Positions 18,293 to 26,328 of a stretch of 35,455 nt of DNA are shown here, piece after piece. How positions within the stretch are numbered: position 1 is the stretch's first letter; each line of letters opens with the position of its first letter. This DNA comes from Bacteroidales bacterium. Lineage in GTDB: Bacteria > Bacteroidota > Bacteroidia > Bacteroidales > JAADGE01. The DNA lies in NCBI GenBank assembly GCA_029932445.1, contig JAOZQB010000001.1, positions 1 through 35,455 on the forward strand, in the 5' to 3' direction. The position numbers and the translations under genes are program-made. The notes below the pieces were generated by a model. The model was not told the origin of the DNA. It did not search any database and saw only the letters and a program-made list of their open reading frames with translations.

Positions 18293-18684
18293 ATATAAAA
18301 ACCTTTATACTAATTGGATTTGTATTTACCTTAGTTTCTTGTGATCGTATGCAAACTATTGAATTTGAAAACAAATGTGTTTCAGAATCAACAGTTAAAT
18401 TCTATTTCAAAGGAAGTTATTACTATAAATTTGATGGTTTTTTAACTAAAGATTCTCTAATACTCAATCTAAAACCGAACGAAAAAAAGATATTTGATTT
18501 TGGAATAGGAACTTGGGAAATTCACAATTCTCTTGATTCATTAGTCTCAAGAATTGAAAAAATAGAAATTGAGACAAATCAATCTACAGCAATTTTTAAT
18601 GGGAAATTACAAGTAGAATCATTCTTTAAAGATCGATTGATTGATGATATATATAAAGCAAGAATAATAATAGAAATTAAATAG
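18289..18684 (+). CDS. Small lipoprotein of unknown function
   Basis: 131 aa from the ATG at 18289 (MNIKTFILIGFVFTLVSC lipobox). ATGA start/stop overlap with the upstream gene. The track ORF start at 18205 is rejected as an out-of-context extension. Confidence 0.65.
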   Translation: MNIKTFILIGFVFTLVSCDRMQTIEFENKCVSESTVKFYFKGSYYYKFDGFLTKDSLILNLKPNEKKIFDFGIGTWEIHNSLDSLVSRIEKIEIETNQSTAIFNGKLQVESFFKDRLIDDIYKARIIIEIK

Positions 18685-18852
18685 AACGCATTACAACACC
18701 AGCTATATTTCATAGTGCGTTTGGTGGTAAATTGGTAGTTCCGTTGGTTTCTGATAGTACGCAAAATCTTTGATTTTGCTTGTGGTAAACTGAAATTTTT
18801 GTACTTTTAATTTGCACTACGAAAACATAGCAGAACGTTGTGTGGCATTGCA
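18685..18852 (+). repeat. attC-like imperfect hairpin, site 1 (R''-L'' ... L'-R')
   Basis: R'' TTACAAC (18691-97), 4-nt spacer, L'' GCTAT (18702-06), then TTTCATAGTGC (18708-18). These pair with GCACTACGAAA (18814-24), L' ATAGC (18827-31), a 5-nt spacer and R' GTTGTGT (18837-43). Bulged bases occur between the helices. Confidence 0.5.
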
Positions 18853-19972
18853 AAGAGAGAAAATTTAACCATTATTTAGTAAATAGTATATGAGAAAAGT
18901 ATTACTTTTAATTCTAATGTTATTGAGTTTGACAGGATTCTCACAAAACCTCAAAACAAAATTACAAGGAGAATGGGTTTGCACAGGAATATTTAATTCT
19001 TCAGGTGACTCAACATCCGGAAAATTTGGAGCTTCAAACGAATATTTGAGATTTAAATTTAGAAAGGGCTATTTATCAATGAACGAATCTCCTGTTGATA
19101 ATAGTCTTGAGTTTCCAATTAAGTACAGAATGGATTATTTTGAATTTGTTTTTAACTCAAATTCAGCACTCCAACCAGGATTACAGCTCTATGATAAACA
19201 ACAAGTCCCTAATATTGATTTTCAAATTCCTGAGAGCAAATACTTTGTAAATTTTGTAAATAATGACCAAATAGTTTTATCAGCATTAAGTTCAAACAAA
19301 GACACAATATTTTACAATTTTACAAAACAAAAATATTTTGTTGATAATCAACATAATGAAAAGTTGATAACAGATATTGGTTATGTGATAATTAAACATT
19401 TAAAACTTTCTAAAGATTCAAAAGGTGCAAATCGAGTTGCTGAGTATTTTGTAACAAATAATATTGCAAATTTGTATCCTGCACCTTTATTTAAGGATTA
19501 TTCAGAAACAACATTTGGTCATTACGTATCAATCAATTTTAAATTTCCAGATTCATATGAGTTAGGAACGGTTTCAGAAGAGCTGATAATTGAATTTGAT
19601 GTAAAAAAAAAAGATGTTAGCAATATCAGAGTTATAAAAGGATTAAGTGATTATTTTGATAGTTCTATTGTGAAAATAATTGAAAAAACGAAAAAGAAAT
19701 GGATACCGGTAAAGATTAATGACAATTTTATAAATACAAGACTAAGAGTTCATTTTATTTTTTACCTTGATGTTGTTGAACTTAATCTGAAATTTTCAAA
19801 GTAGCCAAATAAACGCCACACAACAAACAAATAAACAACATGCGGTTCAGCAGTAATCCGCAAGGACAAAGAGGATTTGCATGGTCGCAAAAATTTTAAA
19901 TTTATAAATAACTAATAAGGCAAAATTTGTGCTGTGAGCAAACCGATAAATTATCGAAATTAACACCGCACG
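18838..19972 (+). mobile_element. Candidate integron-type gene cassette 2 (one secreted-protein gene plus attC-like site)
   Basis: Starts (G)TTGTGTGGCATT. Near its end it carries AACGCCACACAAC (19812-24), whose reverse complement GTTGTGTGGCGTT matches the start 12/13. The right boundary at GTTGCCT (19972) is less certain. Confidence 0.4.
18890..19804 (+). CDS. Secreted protein of unknown function
   Basis: 304 aa. Signal peptide MRKVLLLILMLLSLTGFSQN. No recognisable domain. Confidence 0.65.
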   Translation: MRKVLLLILMLLSLTGFSQNLKTKLQGEWVCTGIFNSSGDSTSGKFGASNEYLRFKFRKGYLSMNESPVDNSLEFPIKYRMDYFEFVFNSNSALQPGLQLYDKQQVPNIDFQIPESKYFVNFVNNDQIVLSALSSNKDTIFYNFTKQKYFVDNQHNEKLITDIGYVIIKHLKLSKDSKGANRVAEYFVTNNIANLYPAPLFKDYSETTFGHYVSINFKFPDSYELGTVSEELIIEFDVKKKDVSNIRVIKGLSDYFDSSIVKIIEKTKKKWIPVKINDNFINTRLRVHFIFYLDVVELNLKFSK

Positions 19973-19978
19973 TTGCCT
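19812..19978 (+). repeat. attC-like site 2 (non-canonical)
   Basis: R'' ACACAAC (19818-24), then A/C-rich ACAACAAACAAATAAACAACA, with TGCGGT (19841-46) pairing ACCGCA (19965-70) next to GTTGCCT (19972-78). Overall length of about 165 nt is similar to site 1. Confidence 0.35.
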
Positions 19979-20928
19979 ATTCAATCGTTAAAATTAAAAA
20001 TAAAAAAATCAAAACAAACTCACCAATTATAATTTCCGCAAGTCGTGCAACGGATATTCCGGCATATTATTCCGATTGGCTGATTAACCGATTGAAAGAG
20101 GGTTTTGTTATTCGTAAAAATCCTTTTAATCAAAAGCCCTATAAAATCAGTTTTGATAACACGCGATTAATTGTTTTTTGGACTAAAAATCCTGAACCTT
20201 TAATGCAAAAACTCGATTGGTTTGACGATAAATTCCCGAATTATTATTTTCAGTTTACTTTAAATGATTACAATCGGCATATTGAACCGAATATGCCTGT
20301 TTTGCAAAAACGCATCGAAACATTTATTAAACTTTCGGAACGCATCGGGAAAGAAAAAGTGATTTGGCGCTTTGATCCTTTGCTCCTGACGGAGAATATT
20401 TCTGTTGATGATTTATTGCGAAAAATTGAAAATGTTGCCGAACAAGTTTCCGCATATACCGAAAAAATGGTTTTCAGTTTTGCGGATATTCAAAAATATC
20501 GCAGTGTTCGTAATAATTTGAAAAGAGCCGGTATTTCTGCCCGTGAGTTTTCCGAAAAAGAGATGTTGCAAACGGCAAAAGGGATTTCTGAAATAATAAA
20601 AAGATTAGGAATAAAAGCAGCAACTTGTGCCGAGGAAATTGATTTGTCGGAATTCGGAATTCTGCATAATAAGTGCATTGATGATGAATTAATCTTAAAA
20701 CTTTTTTCGGAAGATGTGAAATTAATGAACTTTTTGGGCGTTAAGAAAAATGAAAAAGGTATTTTTGTAAAAGCAAAAAAGAATTTAAAAGATAAAGGAC
20801 AACGAAAATTATGCAAATGTATCTCAAGCAAAGATATCGGCGATTATAACACCTGTCCGGCAATGTGTGCTTATTGCTATGCCAATTCAAGCAAAAAATT
20901 GATTGCTCGGAATTTTAAGTCGCTTTAA
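19927..20928 (+). CDS. DUF1848-like protein with C-terminal Cys cluster
   Basis: IIISASRATDIPAYYSDWLINRL near the N-terminus and C-terminal CKCISSKDIGDYNTCPAMCAYCYAN match my memory of the DUF1848 family. The start is uncertain: only the TTG at 19927 is canonical, giving an extension of about 33 aa. Confidence 0.6.
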   Translation: MCCEQTDKLSKLTPHVAYSIVKIKNKKIKTNSPIIISASRATDIPAYYSDWLINRLKEGFVIRKNPFNQKPYKISFDNTRLIVFWTKNPEPLMQKLDWFDDKFPNYYFQFTLNDYNRHIEPNMPVLQKRIETFIKLSERIGKEKVIWRFDPLLLTENISVDDLLRKIENVAEQVSAYTEKMVFSFADIQKYRSVRNNLKRAGISAREFSEKEMLQTAKGISEIIKRLGIKAATCAEEIDLSEFGILHNKCIDDELILKLFSEDVKLMNFLGVKKNEKGIFVKAKKNLKDKGQRKLCKCISSKDIGDYNTCPAMCAYCYANSSKKLIARNFKSL

Positions 20929-20997
20929 AAAAAATAAATTAATATTATAGTATTCCGTTATACTCGTATGTTCGCAAAGTAAATAATCAAAAATTAA

Positions 20998-21510
20998 ATG
21001 AAAGCATTAGTTTTACTGATATTATTTTCAATTTTCAATTTTAATTTTTCCGAAATTTATCATCCGGTGCATTTTTCGGTAATTAATATGGAATATAATA
21101 TTCGTGAAGAAGCATTTGATATTTCGATAAAACTATTTACCGATGATTTTGAGAAGATTATTAATAAAAATGATAATGTTGTTCTTAATCTCGGAAAAGA
21201 AAATCAATTAAAAGATTGTAATAAATTTATAGACAAGTATATAAAAAAGAATTTCGTTATTGTTTTCGATAAAAAAGCGGTCAGCAAAAAGTTAGAACAA
21301 AAGAAATTTACCATTAACGAAAATGATAAAGCAATTTGGATTTATTATGCATTAAAAAGTAAAAAGCCGAGAAAAGTTCTAATCAGAAACACTTTAATGA
21401 ATGATTTGTACAACGATCAGAAGAATTTGTTTATTTTTACGGTCAAAGATTTCCAGGAAGCAAAAAAGTTTAAAAAAAGCGATACAGACTTGCAATTTGT
21501 TGTTAAATAG
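20998..21510 (+). CDS. Secreted hypothetical protein (DUF6702-like by recollection)
   Basis: 170 aa, with a signal peptide. HPVHFSVINMEYNIREEAFDISIKLFTDDFEKII resembles the conserved N-terminal block of that Bacteroidota family. Confidence 0.5.
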   Translation: MKALVLLILFSIFNFNFSEIYHPVHFSVINMEYNIREEAFDISIKLFTDDFEKIINKNDNVVLNLGKENQLKDCNKFIDKYIKKNFVIVFDKKAVSKKLEQKKFTINENDKAIWIYYALKSKKPRKVLIRNTLMNDLYNDQKNLFIFTVKDFQEAKKFKKSDTDLQFVVK

Positions 21511-21543
21511 CTTATATTTCACGAGATATTATTTTAATAAAAA

Positions 21544-24165
21544 ATGAAAAAAACAGTACTTTATATCTTCTTTACATTCATTGTTTTTAATACTTGGGCA
21601 ACGCATAACCGTGCCGGAGAAATTACTTATACTCATGTTTCGGGGAATACATACAGAATAACATTGATTACTTATACCTATACGCCGAGTGCCGCTAATG
21701 AAACACGAAATTATCTGACGATGCAATGGGGTGACAATACAAGTTCTGAGATTCCGCGTATTGATATTCAATACCTTCCCGATGACATTCAAAAAAATAC
21801 CTATGTAATGAATCATACGTTTCCCGGTGCCGGAGTTTACCAAATTGTTATGACGGATCCGAACAGAAATCGCGGGATTATAAATATTCCCGAATCCGTT
21901 ACCGTAAAGTTTACAATTAAAACAACCTTGAAAATTGATCCTGATATCGGTGCTAATAATACACCGGTTTTATTAAATCCGCCGGTTGATAAAGCTGCTC
22001 TTAATCAGATATTTATCCATAATCCGAATGCTTATGATCCGGACGGTGACAGTTTATCCTATAAAATTACCGAATGTCTCGGTAATAACGGACTTCCGAT
22101 TCCCGGCTATACTTATCCTGCAGCAAGTAATACGCTTTATGTGGATGCAGTTACGGGTGATTTTGTTTGGGATTCGCCGATGCAAGTAGGTGAATATAAT
22201 GTTGCCATGTTGATTGAAGAATGGCGAAACGGTATTAAAATAGGTGAAATTGAGCGTGATATGCAAATTGAAGTTCAGGAAACCGATAATCATCCGCCTG
22301 TAATTTTAAATCTTCCTGATTATTGTGTTACGGCAGGAGATACTTTGGATTTTGACGTGACGGCAACCGATCCGGACGGAGACGATATTACTCTTACTGC
22401 TTCAGGAGGTATTTTTAATTTCAGTAACAGTCCCGCAAGTTTTCCCGATACAACAGGAGCTACACCCTTAACTGCTTTATTTCATTGGGAAACGGTTTGT
22501 GATCATGTACGTAAACAACCTTATAATGTTCTTTTCAGAGCAGAAGATATTAATCCTGAAGTCGGGCTGACGGCATATAAAAATGTAATGATTGAAGTTG
22601 ACGCTCCGGCTCCTCAAAATTTATCGGCAACACCTACTCCGAATTCGGTTATATTAAATTGGGATACTTATCAATGCAGTAATGCAACAGGATTTAAAGT
22701 ATATCGGAAAAATGAACCTTTTTCATACACCCCGGCAGATTGCGAAACAGGGATTCCTGCAAATTCGGGATATGTTATTGCCGGAATTATAAATAATTCG
22801 GGAGTTACAAGTTTTGAAGATGATTTTAACGGCTTTGGTTTGCCGCAAGGTTATAATTGGTGCTACAGAATAACGGCAATTTTTGCTGACGGAGCAGAAA
22901 GTTATGTTTCGGAAGAAGTTTGTACCGAACTTATCAAAGCAGCACCGATTATTACTGAAACAAACGTTTCAAATACGGATGAACAAAACGGCAGTATTCA
23001 TCTTACATGGATGCAACCGACAGAATTTGATACGGGAATTTATCCGGGACCTTATAAATATATCATTAAATCTGCCGACGGACAAATATGGGAAAATTTC
23101 TCAAATCCGATTGATGTTCCGGGTATTACGGATACGACTTTTATTGATACACTTATTGATTCAAAAACAGATGCTAAATCGTACGAAATAGGATTATATA
23201 ATCAAAACGGAAGTGATTGGGATCTCATCGGAAGTAATTCTCACAGTTCTTCACTATTTATAGAAGGTATTGCGGGTGATAAACGAATGACAATAAAAGT
23301 AAATGATTTTACCCCTTGGAATAATTATTTGTTTGTTTTGTACAGAAAAAAATCGGATTCGGATTGCAATCCGAATGCCTTACCTTATGATTCGATTACA
23401 TCTTTTTTCGGAAATCAATATACCGATAAGGGCTTAAGTAACGATTCAAATTATTGGTATAAAGTGAAAAGTTACGGACAATACGGCTTAAATTTCATTC
23501 CGAAACCTTTGATAAATTTTTCACAAGAAATTTGCGTGTCACCTCAGGATACTGTTCCTCCTTGCCCTGTGAATTTGTCATTATCAACAGATTGTGACTT
23601 ATTTCAAAATTATTTAGATTGGACGGTTGATACCGAATGTGCACCGGATATTGATAATTTTTTGATTTTTTATTCCGATACGATTGCCGGTGGTTTTCAA
23701 TTAATCGATACGGTTAAAGATAATACCGTAAGAACCTATATTCACTCTCCGGAAGAATCTTTGGGTGCTTGCTATGTTGTGTCGGCACAAGATTCTGCCG
23801 GAAATTTTATTCCTCCGGAAGATTTGGTACGAGTATGTATTGATAATTGTGAATATTATGAACTTCCGAATGTATTTACTCCGAACGGTGACGGGAAAAA
23901 TGATATTTTTAAACCGTTTCCTTATAAATTTGTAGAAAAAATTAATATGACTATTTATAACCGTTGGGGGAATGAAGTATTTAAAACAGAAGATCCGGAC
24001 ATCAATTGGGACGGCAAAGATTTTCAAACTCATAAACCGCTTTCTGACGGAGTATATTATTATGTATGTGATGTTTATGAGCGAAGATTGTCAGGGCTTG
24101 AAGTCAGAAATATAGCCGGCTTAATACGAATTTTTGCTAATGACGGGAATACAAAAAAACAATAA
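21544..24165 (+). CDS. T9SS type-B sorting domain (gliding-motility-associated C-terminal domain) surface protein
   Basis: 873 aa. Signal peptide, N-terminal THNRAGEITY block, DPDGD cadherin/Ig-like repeats, Fn3-like segments, and C-terminal YELPNVFTPNGDGKNDIFKP...NRWGNEVF...INWDGK...DGVYYYV. Confidence 0.85.
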   Translation: MKKTVLYIFFTFIVFNTWATHNRAGEITYTHVSGNTYRITLITYTYTPSAANETRNYLTMQWGDNTSSEIPRIDIQYLPDDIQKNTYVMNHTFPGAGVYQIVMTDPNRNRGIINIPESVTVKFTIKTTLKIDPDIGANNTPVLLNPPVDKAALNQIFIHNPNAYDPDGDSLSYKITECLGNNGLPIPGYTYPAASNTLYVDAVTGDFVWDSPMQVGEYNVAMLIEEWRNGIKIGEIERDMQIEVQETDNHPPVILNLPDYCVTAGDTLDFDVTATDPDGDDITLTASGGIFNFSNSPASFPDTTGATPLTALFHWETVCDHVRKQPYNVLFRAEDINPEVGLTAYKNVMIEVDAPAPQNLSATPTPNSVILNWDTYQCSNATGFKVYRKNEPFSYTPADCETGIPANSGYVIAGIINNSGVTSFEDDFNGFGLPQGYNWCYRITAIFADGAESYVSEEVCTELIKAAPIITETNVSNTDEQNGSIHLTWMQPTEFDTGIYPGPYKYIIKSADGQIWENFSNPIDVPGITDTTFIDTLIDSKTDAKSYEIGLYNQNGSDWDLIGSNSHSSSLFIEGIAGDKRMTIKVNDFTPWNNYLFVLYRKKSDSDCNPNALPYDSITSFFGNQYTDKGLSNDSNYWYKVKSYGQYGLNFIPKPLINFSQEICVSPQDTVPPCPVNLSLSTDCDLFQNYLDWTVDTECAPDIDNFLIFYSDTIAGGFQLIDTVKDNTVRTYIHSPEESLGACYVVSAQDSAGNFIPPEDLVRVCIDNCEYYELPNVFTPNGDGKNDIFKPFPYKFVEKINMTIYNRWGNEVFKTEDPDINWDGKDFQTHKPLSDGVYYYVCDVYERRLSGLEVRNIAGLIRIFANDGNTKKQ

Positions 24166-24166
24166 A

Positions 24167-25381
24167 ATGACAATGATAAGGCAAATCGTTATATCGATAA
24201 TTATAGTATTTTCAGGTTTTGTTGCAAGAAGTCAAACAATTGAAAATAATTTATACCAAAAGGCATTTTCGAATTATTCGCAAAAACAATATGATAAGGT
24301 ATTATCTCTTTTAAATCAAACAAATTTGCAACTTTTAAATGATGCTGAATTTTATTTACTTGCCGGAGATTCTTATTTTAAATTAAATCAATATGAAGAT
24401 GCATTGAAAGATTATTACACGGCTTTTAAATTAAAAAATAAACCTGCAGCTCTAAAAATTGCCGAATGTTATTCACATCTCAATAAACCTTCCAAAGCTG
24501 TTGAATATTTGAAAATTTACCTTAAATCACCGAATAAATTATTACAATCTGAAATAAAATTAATGCCTGCTTTTAATCAAATTGAGAGCAGTAATGTATG
24601 GATTAATTTATGGAAAGAAAATTATTATAACAGCTATGAAAAGAAACTTGATGAAGCAAAATATCAAATTTCTAAAGGCGATTATGCAACGGCATTTGAT
24701 ATACTCGATAAGTTGATAATAAAAAATAAGAAACGTCATAAAGCATACGAGATAAGAGGAGATTTGTTGCTCTTAACGAAGGATTATAAAAATGCGTCAT
24801 CAGCTTTTTTGAAAGCTTCTGAGATAAAAAAACATAATTTAACATATAAAATTAAAGCAGCAGATGCTTTTTATTTATTGAAAAAATACAAACGTGCAGA
24901 AAGTATTTATAATGAGATAATTGCTGACAAATATTACGATCCGAAAATTCTCCTGAATAAAACAAAAAATGAGATTGAAATAAAAAAAACAGCAGAAGCA
25001 AAACAGAGTATAAATTTATTTTTATCGTATTTCCCCGATAATGCCGAAGCATATTATTTATCCGGGAAAATACATTCAGCGGATAATGAGAATATTGCTG
25101 CTTTGGAAGATTTTAATCGGTCGATTGAAAAAGATGATTCAAAACCTGAATATTTTATTTCTTGCGGAGATTCTTATTTGAAAACAAAAACTTTTACATC
25201 AGCAGTAAATTCTTATTCTATGGCATTGGATTTAAATCCTAAATTAGCTGAAGTCTGGTATAAAAAAGGCATGGCTGAAATAAAACTTTATAAATATGCA
25301 GAAGCTTGTGAGGATTTAAAGAAAGCAAAATCAATGAATTACAATAAAGCTGATGATCTTATATTCAAATACTGCAGATAA
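24167..25381 (+). CDS. Tetratricopeptide-repeat protein with signal peptide
   Basis: ATG at 24167 (MTMIRQIVISIIIVFSGFVARSQ), 1 nt after the upstream stop. Multiple 34-aa A/Y/L-patterned repeats (AEAYYLSGKIH..., AEVWYKKGMAE...). Confidence 0.7.
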   Translation: MTMIRQIVISIIIVFSGFVARSQTIENNLYQKAFSNYSQKQYDKVLSLLNQTNLQLLNDAEFYLLAGDSYFKLNQYEDALKDYYTAFKLKNKPAALKIAECYSHLNKPSKAVEYLKIYLKSPNKLLQSEIKLMPAFNQIESSNVWINLWKENYYNSYEKKLDEAKYQISKGDYATAFDILDKLIIKNKKRHKAYEIRGDLLLLTKDYKNASSAFLKASEIKKHNLTYKIKAADAFYLLKKYKRAESIYNEIIADKYYDPKILLNKTKNEIEIKKTAEAKQSINLFLSYFPDNAEAYYLSGKIHSADNENIAALEDFNRSIEKDDSKPEYFISCGDSYLKTKTFTSAVNSYSMALDLNPKLAEVWYKKGMAEIKLYKYAEACEDLKKAKSMNYNKADDLIFKYCR

Positions 25382-25434
25382 ACATTATTTTTACGATAAT
25401 AAAATTTTAGTTTCTTTTGCAAAAAAGTTATAAC

Positions 25435-26319
25435 ATGGATAATAACAAAAATGAAATTGATTTACTGGAATTATTAATAAAAATTTATCTTTATTTAAAA
25501 AAATATTGGTGGATTTTAGTTATTTCCGTTTTTGCGGGAATTATTTTTACTTTTATTAAGAATAAATCGTCCGTTAAATCATATAATTCATCAATGATTG
25601 TATATGCAAAGCAGAATGATAATTATATGTATGCTGTTACATTTAAAGAATTCAGCAAACGTTATGAGAAAAATCCTACGGAAGTGATTACCGGGATTAT
25701 AAATCAAGCTAATGAGTTAATTAAAAGTAATAATCTTGATATTCTGGCAAGGAAGATGAATTTAAAAGCAGAAGACCTGAAAGGACTTAAAGTAATTTCT
25801 TCTTTCTATAAAACAGAAAAGGGGGAAGCTCACGGAAATATTGTAAAAATAAATGCAACATCCTCAAATCAAGACGTATATAATAATTTGGGAAACGGAA
25901 TTGAATATTTAATAAATAATAACGCATATGTTAAATCTCAAATTTCCGAGGATTCTTTGATGTTGATAAATATTATCCGAAAGATTGATATTAAATCTAA
26001 AGAATTGGACAGTATGCTGTCCAAATTATTTAAAAACGGAAAATCTAATGATTTAATAATTTTTAAAGATAATTCTTTTTTCGGTGAAAGTGTGATGTTA
26101 GCTTCTCTTAAAGAAAAATTAATTAAGAAACTTCAAAATCTGGATCAAGTAAAAATTGTTGAAGATTTTTATGTGCCTGAATCAAAAACAGGAAGTATTA
26201 AAACAGCTTTGATATTAAATAGTATTATCTTCTTATTCCTGGGTTTTATTATTATATTTTTTATTGTTTTTAACAAAAAAGCAAAAACTTTTAATCAAAA
26301 CCGAAAGAATTCTCAGTAA
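25435..26319 (+). CDS. Two-TM Wzz-like (polysaccharide chain-length-determinant-like) protein
   Basis: MDNNKNEIDLLELLIKIYLYLKKYWWILVISVFAGIIFTFI N-terminal anchor, a long soluble coiled region, and a C-terminal TM (ALILNSIIFLFLGFIIIFFIVF). The call rests on topology and the N-terminal motif only. Confidence 0.4.
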   Translation: MDNNKNEIDLLELLIKIYLYLKKYWWILVISVFAGIIFTFIKNKSSVKSYNSSMIVYAKQNDNYMYAVTFKEFSKRYEKNPTEVITGIINQANELIKSNNLDILARKMNLKAEDLKGLKVISSFYKTEKGEAHGNIVKINATSSNQDVYNNLGNGIEYLINNNAYVKSQISEDSLMLINIIRKIDIKSKELDSMLSKLFKNGKSNDLIIFKDNSFFGESVMLASLKEKLIKKLQNLDQVKIVEDFYVPESKTGSIKTALILNSIIFLFLGFIIIFFIVFNKKAKTFNQNRKNSQ

Positions 26320-26328
26320 TATTTTTTT

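Larger units (their letters stand above)
17841..18837 (+). mobile_element. Candidate integron-type gene cassette 1 (two lipoprotein genes plus its own attC-like site)
   Basis: Boundaries are placed at G|TT of the GTTGT cores at 17840 and 18837. The unit starts (G)TTGTAAGGCATT and ends with AACGCATTACAAC followed by a hairpin. Confidence 0.45.

Noticed and set aside
18685-18852. Interpretation of the 160-nt element as a MITE with terminal inverted repeats
   Set aside because: Its left end matches the right end of the previous site (11/13) better than its own right end (9/13), and the next left end matches this element's right end 12/13. A MITE should match itself best. The neighbouring sites are also not complete copies.
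20490-20831. Minus-strand 113-aa ORF. The same applies to minus-strand ORFs 21529-21843, 22054-22293, 23701-24033, 31387-31635 and 33849-34049, and to short out-of-frame plus-strand ORFs such as 21986-22189, 22883-23191 and 32999-33247.
   Set aside because: All lie wholly inside strongly supported genes and have no signal of their own.
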